Of a stretch of 64,000 nucleotides of DNA, positions 1-10,447 are shown piece after piece (position 1 is the first letter of the stretch; each line of letters opens with the position of its first letter). Position numbers and translations under genes: made by a program. The notes beneath the pieces were generated by a model. The model saw nothing but the letters and a program-made list of their open reading frames with translations. It made no database searches and was not told where the DNA came from. The DNA is taken from positions 3,200,001 to 3,264,000 of the forward strand of contig OY969695.1 of assembly GCA_963701965.1 (NCBI GenBank). Reading direction: 5' to 3'. The stretch comes from an uncultured Gemmatimonadales bacterium. Its GTDB lineage: Bacteria > Gemmatimonadota > Gemmatimonadetes > Gemmatimonadales > Gemmatimonadaceae.

Positions 1-703
1 AATACGACGCCTCATCTTCGCCGAGCATGAGCGCGTTGAGCGCTTTGCCGAAGCGACGGGACTCAATGTAGCCACCAGCGAAGACCAGGGCGATGAGGCA
101 CGCGCCGCGCCAATCGGCCGTGGTAAAGGTCCCGAGACTCCAGAACGTGATGTTGCGGGCCTGCGGATCGCGCGCAATGTACGAGAGGAAACCCGTGCCC
201 GCGGCCGAGACGGCGTTGACGGCGATCCCGGCCAGGAGGAGCGTCAGAACGTTGACCTTACCGAACGCCGTCGACAGGCGGTAGACGATGAGTGTCGCCG
301 CGAATCCCCCCGCAAATGCGACCACCGGCACGGCGAGCGCGAAGTGGGCGCCAAAGACGAACACCAGCGCGGCGCCGAACGCGGCGCCGGATGATGTGCC
401 GACGAGGCCCGGCTCGACGATCGGGTTGCGGAAGAGACCCTGCATCAGCGTCCCGGAGACCCCGAGCACCGCGCCGGTGAGCGCGGCGACGGCGGCACGG
501 GGGAGGCGCAGTTCCACGAATATGTTGCGGTCCAACGCGTCGGCGGCCACAGCGGGTGTCGCGCCAATGGCCTGGAGCGTGAGGGCCAGCATGCGGCTCG
601 GGGAATACGTGAGCGCGCCGACGCCCGCCGAGGCGACGAGGGCGACGGCAAGGAGCGCCGCGAGAGCTACAGAGATCTGATGGTACGAGAGGCGCCGCAG
701 CAA
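1..703 (-). CDS. Iron-chelate/heme ABC transporter permease (FecCD/HmuU family), 3' end outside window
   Basis: Not in ORF track. Manual translation from TTG at 703: MLRRLSYHQISVALAALLAVAL...ELRLPRAAVAALTGAVLGVSGTLMQGLFRNPIVEPGLVGTSSGAAFGAAL, the FecCD RLPR / QGLFRNP signature. Confidence 0.9.
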   Translation of the reverse strand, partial: MLRRLSYHQISVALAALLAVALVASAGVGALTYSPSRMLALTLQAIGATPAVAADALDRNIFVELRLPRAAVAALTGAVLGVSGTLMQGLFRNPIVEPGLVGTSSGAAFGAALVFVFGAHFALAVPVVAFAGGFAATLIVYRLSTAFGKVNVLTLLLAGIAVNAVSAAGTGFLSYIARDPQARNITFWSLGTFTTADWRGACLIALVFAGGYIESRRFGKALNALMLGEDEASY

Positions 704-705
704 CG

Positions 706-1679
706 CTACTCGCGATCCGACGGGTCCAACTGCGGCAAGATCTGACTCTCGTAGCAGCTGGGACGAATGCCGTGACTGAGCTGGGCGGTGGTGTGCTGCG
801 CCAAATACGCGTCCAACGTCAGCCAGTAGTTCTCGTCGTTCCGCAGTCGCTTGCAATAGGAGCAGATCGGCAAGATCTCCTGCAACGTGCGGACCTCGAC
901 GAGCGCCGCCTGGAGCTTGCGAACGAGCTGTTCCCGCTCCTCCTCCGCTTGCTTCCGCGCCGTGATATCGCGCGCGACGGAGTAGATCATGTGCTTGGCG
1001 GCGTCCGGCCCGGCATTCCAGAGTAGCCACCGATACGAGCCGTCCTTGCACCGGTAGCGGTTCTCGAAGCCGAGCGCATGGCCGCCGGCCCGGACGGCGG
1101 CGTTCTGCCGGAGCGTGTTTTCGCGATCGTCGGGGTGCACGAACTCGATGAACGGCCGGGACATCAGCTCGGCGCGCGTGAACCCGAGCGTCTTCTCCCA
1201 GGCCGGATTCAGGCGCTTGAAGTACCCACTGAAGTCGAGCATGCACAACAAGTCGATCGAGACCGAGAAAAAGCGCTCTTCCAGCTCGTGCGCCCGTCGC
1301 GTCAGGTCGAAACGGCAGAGCGCCAGCTCGATATTGATGCTCAGCTCGCGGTCAGCGAACGGCTTGGTGACATAGCCGTGCGGCTCGGTCACGCTGGCCC
1401 GCGCCAGCGTCGCGCTGCTTGCGTCCGCGGTCGTGAAGATGACCGGGATCGACCGGCGTTGACGGATCGCCTGCGCCGCCTCGATGCCCGACACGTCGCC
1501 GGCGAGTGCCAGATCCATCAGCACGAGGTGCGGTTCCAGTCGCGCGGTCAACGTGAGCGCCTCGCGGCCGGTCGCGGCAATCGCCGTGACGTTGTACCCC
1601 AATCGCGCCAGTCTCGCTTCAAGGTCCTGGGCGACGGCGGGGTCGCTCTCCGCCACCAGAAATGTCGCGGTGCAGCCAT
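706..1679 (-). CDS. Response-regulator receiver + PAS/PAC protein with C-terminal LPICxxCK...SHG-x-(C)PxC module
   Basis: REC (LVLMDLAL, YVTKPF), PAS (FVHPDD, YRCKDGSYRWLLW, ARDIT), tail LPICSYCKRLRNDENYW...LSHGIRPSC. ORF track starts at GTG 1656, inside the first REC strand; the likely start ATG 1679 is out of frame, implying an indel near 1660. Confidence 0.85.
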
Positions 1680-1695
1680 CAGGGGGCGCAGCAAG

Positions 1696-2547
1696 TCATG
1701 AGTGGAGGATCGTCTCGAGCTTCCGAACCGTGGCCGTGGTCCGCGGGCCGAAGTACATGACTTCGGTCTCGTCGATGCGGTAGATCTTCCCCGTCTTCCC
1801 GGCCGGCGTGAGATCCACGCCCGGCAGCTTCCGGAACGCGTCGACGCTGCCCACGCGATCGAACCCGACATCGGTGGCCAGGATGATGTCGGGCGCCGAC
1901 CTGGCGATGATCTCGGGCGTGAGGCGCTTCATGGTGCCCGCGGTGTCAATGGCGTTGACGCCGCCGGCCCAGCGGATGATCTGCGTCGTGGGACCTTGGC
2001 CGGTGACGCCGAGATAGCTGTTGCCGATCTGGCCGAAATGCATCACCAGAACCCGAGGTCTCGCTGCGCGTGAGCAACGGGCCGTGTCGGCGAAGATCGA
2101 GTCCATGCCCGCCTTCCAACGCGCGACAAGGCTGTCGGCGGAGGCACTACGGCCAAAGCGACGACCCAAGTCCGTCATCATGAGCTCGGCGCTATCGAGC
2201 GATGAGCCTGGGGGAAGCGTCACGACGGGAATGCCGACCTTGCGGACCTGATCCAAGACGGCATCGGGACCGACGTTGCCGTCAGTCAGCAGGAGCGTCG
2301 GGCGCATCGAAGTGATCCCTTCGGCACTCAGCGCGCGGTGGTATCCGACGGAGGGTAGCGTCGTAATCTCGGGCGGGTAGATCGACGTCAGGTCCCGGGC
2401 GACGAGGTGGGACTGGGCTCCGATCGCATAGAGAAACTCGTTGATCTGCTTGGAGACGCAGACGACGCGCGAGAGATCAACACCCGCGGACTGCGCCGGG
2501 TGGCACGCGACCGTGGCCAGCAGGGCGACCAACGCTCGCCGGACCAT
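1696..2547 (-). CDS. Heme/siderophore ABC transporter substrate-binding protein (HmuT/BtuF-like, probable lipoprotein)
   Basis: LVARDLTSIYPPEITTLPSVGYHRALSAEGI matches hemin-binding periplasmic proteins; N-terminal LLATVAC lipobox-like motif; lies between TonB receptor and permease. Start ATG 2547 or 2562. Confidence 0.85.
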   Translation of the reverse strand: MVRRALVALLATVACHPAQSAGVDLSRVVCVSKQINEFLYAIGAQSHLVARDLTSIYPPEITTLPSVGYHRALSAEGITSMRPTLLLTDGNVGPDAVLDQVRKVGIPVVTLPPGSSLDSAELMMTDLGRRFGRSASADSLVARWKAGMDSIFADTARCSRAARPRVLVMHFGQIGNSYLGVTGQGPTTQIIRWAGGVNAIDTAGTMKRLTPEIIARSAPDIILATDVGFDRVGSVDAFRKLPGVDLTPAGKTGKIYRIDETEVMYFGPRTTATVRKLETILHS

Positions 2548-2551
2548 GCGG

Positions 2552-4915
2552 TCAGAAGACATAGGAGAGGGTGAGACTACCATAGATGGACGCGTGGTAG
2601 GGCGCCGGCAGGATGTACCCGTCGCCGTTGCCGCCGTCCGGCGATTGGGCGAGCGCCTTGTAGTTGGGGCCGACGAACAGGAACGTGTAGTACGTCTCGC
2701 CGGTGAGGTTGTCGCCCCCGATCGCCGCGTCGATCTTGTAGCGCTTGGCGATCACCGTCTTGTAGCCCACCTTGGCGCCGAGGAGGTCGTATCCTCGGAC
2801 CCAGGTGGAGTTGTCGAACGTGACGGGGACCTTGTCGACGTGCTGGTACGTGCCGTTGGCGTAGAAGCCGAGGCGCGTTCCCGCGTCGAGGCCGGCGGTG
2901 AGGAAATTGCGCGGGACGCGCGCGACCTGATTCCCGGAGTAGTCGACCGTGGCGGTCGTATGGTTGTTGTCGCTCTCGAAATCGACGTACTTGGCGTCGG
3001 TATACGTGTACGAGACCCAGGGCCGGAGCAGCGACAGGAGCTGGTCCCGGCGGTCCACGACCGAGTAGCTGAGTGACGCTTCGACGCCGCGGTTCCGCTG
3101 CTTGCCGGCGTTCGTGGTGAACGTCACCGCGTTCGCCGTCTCGGTCACCAGCTTGTCCGTGTTCTCGAGATCGTACAGCGTCAACTCTCCGATCAGCCGT
3201 TGCGCGAGCAGCGCGGTGTGGGCGCCGAGCTCGTACTGGACGGCGCGTTCCGGTTTGAGCGCGGCGTTGACGGTGCCGTTGTTGGCTACCGCGTCGCTCA
3301 GGAGCGGCGGCGTAAAGCCGCTGCTCACGTCGCCGAACACGGCCAGCGCGTCCCCGAAGCCCTTGGTGACCGCGATGCGGGGCGTAAAGACGGTGCCGAA
3401 CGACTTGTCGAGTGACGACGTCGTGTCGAACACCTGCTTGTTCACCAACAGGTTGTGGACGACGAATTGATCTTTGTTGAGACTTCCACCGACGGTGACC
3501 GTGACCTGGCTGGGCAGGCTCACGTTCCACTCGGTGAACAGGGATGCATTGACGGCGTAGTTCTGCTGGTCGCTCGGGTTTTCCGGGAACGGTGGGGCGG
3601 GGACGATGAAAACCCCGTTCGTCGTCACGTTCGAGCGCTGGAGCATCCCGCCGAGGGTGCCGTGGATGCCGACGATCCCGACCTGCGACGTATACGTGAA
3701 CGCGGTGCGGGCGCCGAGGTTGTACTGGTTCGCGTCGGTGAAGCCGTGGGCGAACGGTTGGTGGCTGGAGCGGCCGCTGCCGAAGATCGTCGTCTGGTTG
3801 GCGAAGTGGTCGTCGATCGAGTAGTCGTCGGTGATGGCGGCGACGATACTGGACAGGTTGATCGCCGAGTTGTTGGCGAGGTAGTTCGCGTCGGAAGCCG
3901 GGAGGCGGCCGTAGAAATCGGTGCTGTCGATCTCGCCGGCCAGGTTCTCGAACGAGCGGTTGTAGGAGACGTACGCGGACACGAACTGGTGGGATCCCGC
4001 GCGGAAATCCGCGGTACCGTGCCAGTACTCTTTGTCCGACCCGCTATGGGGGCGGAACGAGTCGAAGCCCTGATGCCCGTACGTCAGCGAGAAGTCCGAG
4101 CCATCGGCGCTCGCGTGGTCCAGCGTCGTCGTCGCCCGCAGGAGGTCATACGAGCCGCCTGTCACTTGTTGCGTGAGTGAAGTGCCGATCGCGTCGGGTC
4201 TCGCGGTCGTCATCTTGACCGTGCCGCCGATGTAGCTGCCGTAGAGACTCGACGACGGGCCCTTGATGACCTCGACGCTGCTCAACGTGGCGTAGTCGAT
4301 GTCATCCAGGATCGTGGTGCCGGTGGCGTCGGTGATGGGGATGTGATTCAGGAGGACCTGGTAGCCCAACCCGTTCGAGTTCGGGCTGTTCCCGCTGGTG
4401 CTGGGGTAGTAGCCGCGGATCGTGATCCGGGCGCCGCCGAACGGCGTGCGGGATTGCATGAACACGCCCGGGATCGTGTTGATCGCGTCGGGAAGGCTCA
4501 AGCCAGTGCCGCGATCGAGATCGTCGGCCGTCAGGACGCCGGCGGAGGACGCCGGGCGCGCAGCGACGACCTGGATGCCGGGAAGCGTAGCCAGCGGCGT
4601 GAGCGCGATCCGGAGCGGCGTGGTGGCGCCGTCCAGCGCCACCGTGTCGGGCTCGAAGCCAGGGTGCGAGACGGTCAGTTTCGCCAGCGGCCCGTCGGGT
4701 CGCAAGGCAAATCGGCCCCCGTCGTCCGTTGTGGCGGTGACCGTGCTCCCTTCGGCGCCGACCGTGGCGCCGACCACCGCCTGGCCGGTCGCCGCGCTCA
4801 CGACCGTGCCACGGATCACCGTTTGGGCGGGAAGCGCCAGTGGTGTCGCCAGTAGAAAGAGCGCGGGAAGCCCCCCGCGCAGGGACTGTCTTGTCAACTC
4901 GCCAAACCTGGCCAT
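2552..4915 (-). CDS. TonB-dependent receptor with N-terminal carboxypeptidase-regulatory-like domain
   Basis: Signal peptide, IRGTVVSAATGQAVVGATV domain, plug (ITIRG, VEVIKGPSSSLYG), LKPERA motif, C-terminal aromatic SYVF. Confidence 0.92.
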   Translation of the reverse strand: MARFGELTRQSLRGGLPALFLLATPLALPAQTVIRGTVVSAATGQAVVGATVGAEGSTVTATTDDGGRFALRPDGPLAKLTVSHPGFEPDTVALDGATTPLRIALTPLATLPGIQVVAARPASSAGVLTADDLDRGTGLSLPDAINTIPGVFMQSRTPFGGARITIRGYYPSTSGNSPNSNGLGYQVLLNHIPITDATGTTILDDIDYATLSSVEVIKGPSSSLYGSYIGGTVKMTTARPDAIGTSLTQQVTGGSYDLLRATTTLDHASADGSDFSLTYGHQGFDSFRPHSGSDKEYWHGTADFRAGSHQFVSAYVSYNRSFENLAGEIDSTDFYGRLPASDANYLANNSAINLSSIVAAITDDYSIDDHFANQTTIFGSGRSSHQPFAHGFTDANQYNLGARTAFTYTSQVGIVGIHGTLGGMLQRSNVTTNGVFIVPAPPFPENPSDQQNYAVNASLFTEWNVSLPSQVTVTVGGSLNKDQFVVHNLLVNKQVFDTTSSLDKSFGTVFTPRIAVTKGFGDALAVFGDVSSGFTPPLLSDAVANNGTVNAALKPERAVQYELGAHTALLAQRLIGELTLYDLENTDKLVTETANAVTFTTNAGKQRNRGVEASLSYSVVDRRDQLLSLLRPWVSYTYTDAKYVDFESDNNHTTATVDYSGNQVARVPRNFLTAGLDAGTRLGFYANGTYQHVDKVPVTFDNSTWVRGYDLLGAKVGYKTVIAKRYKIDAAIGGDNLTGETYYTFLFVGPNYKALAQSPDGGNGDGYILPAPYHASIYGSLTLSYVF

Positions 4916-5026
4916 GACGCTCGTGGTGACATTATTGAGACCGTCGAGATATAGCAGGTCCAGCAGTCCAGTTGGAGGGCATGGCGGCGTCTCGCGCACG
5001 CCGAGTGGGCTCACTACCTTGGTCTC

Positions 5027-6529
5027 ATGCCATTTGCTCCGACCATCAAGCTGTTCATCGGCGGCGCGTTCCGTGAGTCGGCGACGTCAGACTGGCGCGA
5101 CGTGGTCGATCCGGCGACTCAGCAGGTGCTGGCGCGCGTGCCGATGGCGACGCGTGAGGAGGTCGACGCGGCGGTCGCCGCCGCGCAGGCGGCATTCCTT
5201 TCGTGGCGCCGCACGCCCATCGGCGTACGGGCGCGGATCTTTCTCGCCTATCAGCACCTGATCCGCGATCATATGAAGGAACTGGCGGCCCTGGTCACCG
5301 CCGACCATGGCAAGACACTGGCTGATGCCGAGGGCGAGGTGTTTCGCGGGCTCGAGGTCGTGGAGCAGGCCGCGAACATTGGCACCCTGCAGATGGGCGA
5401 GATGGCCACCAACGTGGCCACGAACGTCGATACCTACACGCTGCAGCAGCCACTCGGCGTCTGTGTCGGCATCACGCCGTTCAATTTCCCCGCGATGATT
5501 CCGCTCTGGATGTTCCCGATGGCCATTGCCTGCGGGAACACCTTCGTGCTCAAGCCGTCGGAGCAAGATCCGATGAGCACCATGCGCCTCGTCGAGCTGG
5601 CGGTCGAGGCGGGGATACCGGCCGGCGTCTTGAACGTCGTGCACGGCGGCGAGATGGTCGTCAACGCCCTCTGCGACCACCGCGACGTGAAGGCGGTGTC
5701 GTTCGTCGGATCCACGCGCGTCGGCACCGCGGTGTATCAGCGCGCGTCCCAGGCCGGCAAGCGCGTGCAGTGCATGATGGGGGCGAAGAACCACGCCATC
5801 GTACTCCCCGACGCGCACAAAGAACACACGATGAACAATCTCCTCGGCGCCTCGTTCGGCGCCGCGGGGCAACGCTGCATGGCCGTGTCGGTGGCGGTTC
5901 TCGTCGGCGAGACGCGGTCGTGGATTCCCGAGCTCGTGGCGCGGGCCAAGCGGCTGACCGTCGGCAACGGCGCCGCGCCGCACACCGATCTGGGGCCGCT
6001 CATTTCGTGCGCGGCGAAGGAACGCGTCGAGCGGTTGATCGCCCAGGGACAGGCCGAGGGCGCGACACTCGAGCTGGATGGGCGCTGCCCGGACGTGCCG
6101 AACGGAGCGGCCGGCAATTTCGTGGGGCCCACGATCTTCTCCAACGTCACACCGGGGATGCGGATCTACGAGGAGGAGATCTTCGGCCCCGTGCTCTGCA
6201 TCGTGAGCGCCGACACGCTCGACGATGCCATCGCGATGACCAACGCCAACCCGAACGGCAACGGGACGGCGATCTTCACGCAATCGGGCGCCGCGGCCCG
6301 GCGGTTCCAAGAGGAGATCGACGTCGGACAGGTCGGCATCAACGTCCCGATCCCCGTGCCCGTGCCTCTCTTCTCGTTCACCGGATCGCGCGCGTCGAAG
6401 CTCGGGGATCTCGGCCCATACGGGAAGCAGGTGGTCTTGTTCTACACCCAGACCAAGACGGTCACCGCCCGCTGGTTCGACGACCAAGTGGTGGCAAGCG
6501 GCCCCAACACGACGATCAGCCTGCGCTAG
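5027..6529 (+). CDS. mmsA: CoA-acylating methylmalonate-semialdehyde dehydrogenase
   Basis: ALDH motifs [58 protein letters not shown]. Confidence 0.96.
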   Translation: MPFAPTIKLFIGGAFRESATSDWRDVVDPATQQVLARVPMATREEVDAAVAAAQAAFLSWRRTPIGVRARIFLAYQHLIRDHMKELAALVTADHGKTLADAEGEVFRGLEVVEQAANIGTLQMGEMATNVATNVDTYTLQQPLGVCVGITPFNFPAMIPLWMFPMAIACGNTFVLKPSEQDPMSTMRLVELAVEAGIPAGVLNVVHGGEMVVNALCDHRDVKAVSFVGSTRVGTAVYQRASQAGKRVQCMMGAKNHAIVLPDAHKEHTMNNLLGASFGAAGQRCMAVSVAVLVGETRSWIPELVARAKRLTVGNGAAPHTDLGPLISCAAKERVERLIAQGQAEGATLELDGRCPDVPNGAAGNFVGPTIFSNVTPGMRIYEEEIFGPVLCIVSADTLDDAIAMTNANPNGNGTAIFTQSGAAARRFQEEIDVGQVGINVPIPVPVPLFSFTGSRASKLGDLGPYGKQVVLFYTQTKTVTARWFDDQVVASGPNTTISLR

Positions 6530-6544
6530 CGCCGTACGCCGGCG

Positions 6545-7750
6545 CTATTTCGCCGTGATGGGCGCCGTCCACACGAACGTGTCCCAGCTAATGCGGAGCG
6601 CACCGGTGTTGCCCGAACCGGTCAGGTCGATGGCGAAGTCCTCGCGCGGGCTCGGCGCCGTCGCGACCTGCAGCGGGATCTTGAACATGTCCTGCTCCGG
6701 ATCGTAGTCGGTTCCCCACTGTCCGTGCTGGCGATTGACGATAAGCTGGACGGTGCCGTCCTTCGCGGGAATCGTCCACAGGCTGTACGTGCCCGCCGGC
6801 ACCGCGTTGCCCCCGATCGCGACATCGTGGGCGAAGATGATGTTGGTGGCCTCGTTCGCCCCGGTGCGCCACACGCGGTCGTACTGAACGACGCCACCGA
6901 GGATCTGTCGGCCGCGCTTCTGCGGACTGCCGAATGTCACGACGACCGCCTGACCGCCGATCGACCCCTTCGCGATCTTGTTGGGCGACGCCGCGCCCAG
7001 ACCCTTGTGATCGTGGTCCGCGGACGCAAAGGTCTTGGCCATGCGTTCGACATCGATAAAGTCGGTGCGATGGGACAGCGTCTTCTCGGTGGTCCGGTCG
7101 GCGTCAACGGCCGTGATATGACCGTCCCCGTCCACCGTGAGCTGCGTCCACCCGACGCCAAAGTAGTCCACATCGATCGACGTCGGCGACCGGCGCACGA
7201 AGGCGCGGGTTCCGGTCCGCGCCGTCCCCATGTCTATGGAGTTCACCCCAGTGGTGTCCTTCGCTCCGGCCACAACGCGCGGGAGAAACAGCTCGTACAT
7301 GCCGAGCGAGGAGTACAGGCCGTACGACGAGCCAAACCCGGTCATGTAGAAGGGAAACCCACCCTTCGCGAACGCGCGTACCGCGTTTTGCTGCTGTCCG
7401 TTGGGCGCGTCGGCCGTGACACGAGCCGCCGTGCCATCAAAGTCCATCGTCACGTGCTGCGACTGAACGTCGGAGGTCCCCATCGGCTTGACGTCGAGCA
7501 TGGTGTGGGTGACCGTCCCATCCTTACCCAGGTCCGCGGAGTAGTGGCAGAGGACGGTTCCGGGGATCCGCACCACGATGTAGCCGTCCACGTGGGTGTC
7601 GCTCCGCGTGATACTCTCGACCACGACCGTGTCGCGCCCTAGTGTCGTCACGAACGCCGCGCGCTCGTTCGGCGCCGGCGCGATGCTATCATGCGCGGGG
7701 CGGGCGCCGGCGCTCGGTGCGATCAGCCAAGCCACGACAAGTGCGTACAT
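6545..7750 (-). CDS. Secreted DUF2911-domain protein
   Basis: C-terminal PQKRGRQILGGVVQYDRVWRTGANEAT...PAGTYSLWTIP...QWGTDY is the DUF2911 signature; start reassigned to MYALVVAW. Confidence 0.85.
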   Translation of the reverse strand: MYALVVAWLIAPSAGARPAHDSIAPAPNERAAFVTTLGRDTVVVESITRSDTHVDGYIVVRIPGTVLCHYSADLGKDGTVTHTMLDVKPMGTSDVQSQHVTMDFDGTAARVTADAPNGQQQNAVRAFAKGGFPFYMTGFGSSYGLYSSLGMYELFLPRVVAGAKDTTGVNSIDMGTARTGTRAFVRRSPTSIDVDYFGVGWTQLTVDGDGHITAVDADRTTEKTLSHRTDFIDVERMAKTFASADHDHKGLGAASPNKIAKGSIGGQAVVVTFGSPQKRGRQILGGVVQYDRVWRTGANEATNIIFAHDVAIGGNAVPAGTYSLWTIPAKDGTVQLIVNRQHGQWGTDYDPEQDMFKIPLQVATAPSPREDFAIDLTGSGNTGALRISWDTFVWTAPITAK

Positions 7751-7948
7751 GATTGACTCGCCGGAACGACGTGATGGGATGTGATGAAACCGGTCGCGTG
7801 GCAGCCTCTGCGGCACACGCACCCAGGTACTATTGAGCTAGTCGGGTGAGCGGCCGCCCGGTAGTACCAAGCAGTGTTGGTTCGGGCAGACCATAAGAAG
7901 GGCGTGACTTCGAAACCAATGTCGGGGCAACCACGTACGGACGACCCA

Positions 7949-9080
7949 ATGAAAACAATCACTCTGATGTCATTGCTGGTCGCCGGCGTCTGCCAGGCGC
8001 AGGCCGACACGGCCCAACAAACCATGCAGCAGCCGATGATGGCCCGACGGGAGGTGACGGACATTATCGCGGCATACCGCAAGATCGTCTCACCCCACGG
8101 GGTGGAAGAGATGCTCCCGTTGCCGATCAACGGATCGACGCAATGGGTGTCCATCCGCGGCAAGGATGTTCGTAACCCGATCCTGCTCTACTTGCACGGT
8201 GGTCCTGGGTCGCCGACGATGCCCATCGATTGGGCGTTCCAGGGTCCGTGGGAAGACTATTTCACCGTGGTGCAGTGGGACCAGCGCGGCACGGGCAAAA
8301 CGTATGCGGCCAACGACTCGTCGGCGCTCGCCCGGTCAATGACGTTGGAGCAGATGACGAGCGACGCGGAGGCCGTCGCGGCGTATCTGCGGAAGAAGTA
8401 TGGAAAGCCGAAGATCTTCGTGCTGGGCCACTCGTGGGGTACCGTGCTCGGGGTGGCCCTGGCCCAGCGGCACCCCGAGTGGTTCTATGCCTACATCGGT
8501 GTCGGACAAGTCGTCGACAACCAACGCAGCGAGGCGGAGGGGTATCGCTTCGCGCTGGACGAGGCTCGCGCGCACCACAACGCTGACGCCGAGCGCGAGC
8601 TCCTGGCGCTGGCTCCGTACCCTGGCTCCGCGGGCACGATGACGTTCGCGCGCATCGGCACCCAGCGCAAATGGCTCAACTTCTACGGCGGTCTCACGTA
8701 CGGGCGGACGGACTTTTCGTACGACGGCAACGCGTGGACCTTATCGCCGGACTATACCGACAAGGAACTTGCCGCGATCGACGAAGGCGGCGTCTACACG
8801 CTGTCCCATTCTGTTGCCGACCATCCTTGCCATTAACTACGAGCAGGTCACGACGTTCAAGTGCCCGATCTTCCTTTTCGTGGGCCGGCACGACTATGCA
8901 ACGTCTCACACGCTCGCTGCCGAGTGGTTCGGGCGCATCGCAGCGCCGTCGAAAAGGCTGTTCTGGTTCGAGAACTCGGCCCACATGCTGATGCAGGAGG
9001 AGCCTGGCCGCTTTCTGTATCACCTCGTCAGCGACGTGCGGCCGATCGCGGTGCGAACCGGTGATGGCAGTCCGCCATGA
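7949..9080 (+). CDS. Secreted alpha/beta hydrolase (proline iminopeptidase-like), frameshifted at ~8810
   Basis: HGGPG, WDQRGTGK and GHSWG in ORF 7874..8836; the C-terminal GRHDY and ENSAH (catalytic Asp/His) are in the +1 frame (ORF 8769..9080). Removing one T at CATTC 8807-8811 joins them. Confidence 0.88.
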
Positions 9081-9132
9081 TGCCCGTCAGGGTGACCACG
9101 GCCGGGAGGGCGAGCGCCGCACTGGCGTTCAT

Positions 9133-10038
9133 TCAGTAGCGGTCCAGATCGTGCCCGGCGGCGACGCGTCCATGGAACCCCCCGCGGACGATCCCGGCGA
9201 CCAGCGTGCTGTCGGAGGCGCCCCCGAATCGCATGATGTGCGACAGCACCAGCAGCTTGGGATTCGCCTGGGCCGCGAGCGCGCCCAGCTCACTGTCCGA
9301 GGTGTGAAACTCGCGCATGTACCGCGGCCAGTCGCCTCCGCCCGCACGGGTCTCGGGCCGCACTGCGGCCGCGACGTACACCTCGTGCACGAGGACGTCC
9401 GCCCCGCGCGCGGCCTGGGTCAGCGCCGCCGACGGACGGGTGTCGCCGGAGATGACGACGACACGGTCGGGCGTGTCGAACCGATACCCAAAGGCGTAGC
9501 GCCAGCTCCCATGCGAGACCGCGATCGCGGTGACGCGCACGCCGGCGCTATCGTAAACCACGCCGGGCGCGACCTCGTGCACCGCGACCCGGTAGCCGCC
9601 GGGCGTCTCGTGCTCGAGGCCATCCGTCCGGACCTGAATGTCCTCCGCGTACGCCGCGATGAGATGGTCGGTCATGGCGCGCAGTCCCGGCGGCCCATAC
9701 AGCGCCAGCGGCTGCGTGCGTCCCATCACCCACGACGTGAAGATGAGATCGGGAAGCCCAAGCGTATGATCGCTGTGCAGGTGGGTAATGAACGTCGCCT
9801 CGGCGCCGTTGATGGGTAGGCCCGCCGCGGCCAACTGGCGCTCGACACCGGGTCCGGCATCGACGAGAAAGACGCGGCTCCCGACCACGATCGCGGTCGC
9901 CGGTCCGGACGCGGCCGGGTTGGGCCGCGGATAGCCCGTGCCCAACAAGATCACGACGGTGCGGTCCGCCCGCGGCGGCGCGGCGCCCATCGCCAGCAAG
10001 AGGATCGCGGCCGACCACTTGGACCATGCGTGGGTCAT
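9133..10038 (-). CDS. Secreted MBL-fold metallohydrolase (RNase Z/AtsA-like)
   Basis: LLGTG, VDAGPG, THLHSDH, ISGDT, LVHE, FHT, LSH motifs; signal peptide. Confidence 0.88.
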   Translation of the reverse strand: MTHAWSKWSAAILLLAMGAAPPRADRTVVILLGTGYPRPNPAASGPATAIVVGSRVFLVDAGPGVERQLAAAGLPINGAEATFITHLHSDHTLGLPDLIFTSWVMGRTQPLALYGPPGLRAMTDHLIAAYAEDIQVRTDGLEHETPGGYRVAVHEVAPGVVYDSAGVRVTAIAVSHGSWRYAFGYRFDTPDRVVVISGDTRPSAALTQAARGADVLVHEVYVAAAVRPETRAGGGDWPRYMREFHTSDSELGALAAQANPKLLVLSHIMRFGGASDSTLVAGIVRGGFHGRVAAGHDLDRY

Positions 10039-10049
10039 GCGTCAATATG

Positions 10050-10410
10050 CTAGTCTGACGTTGGCCCCAGCACCGTCTCCACGGTCACTTCGACGACCGG
10101 GCCCTCGGCGCCCAGTTGCACGATATCGCCGGCGCAGAGATCGGCCGCGCCGTCGATCCGGGAGCCGTTAAGAAACGTCCCGTTGCGGCTGGCGAGATCC
10201 ACCAGCACGAACCCGCCGGCGTTCCCATCGCGCGGCACGATGCGGGCATGGTGCCGCCCGACCGTGACATCGCGCCGCGAGTCGAACCGCACGGCGGCCG
10301 ATGGCGCGCGGCCGAGGATCAGCTCGCGGTGCGCGCCGAGCGGCACCACGTCCACTTCGGTCGCCCGGGCACCACGGATGTGTCGAAAGAATGAGTTGGA
10401 CCACGCGCAT
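10050..10410 (-). CDS. FHA-domain protein (frameshift near 10390)
   Basis: LILGR...VGRHHARI...LVDLASRNGTFLNG FHA signature; ATG 10410 (MRVVQL) joins the FHA frame if one T is removed at 10389-10393. Confidence 0.85.
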
Positions 10411-10447
10411 ATCCCCATGCGATAGCGGAATACGCGCGGGCGGCGGC

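Noticed and set aside
1656..1698. SBP and REC-PAS genes are in the same frame, separated by a single TGA (possible readthrough or selenocysteine)
   Set aside because: An exported SBP fused to a cytoplasmic REC without a TM helix is implausible; an indel after ATG 1679 explains it more simply.
4916..5026. Possible Fur box upstream of the TonB receptor
   Set aside because: Only a short AT-rich patch, with no convincing Fur palindrome.
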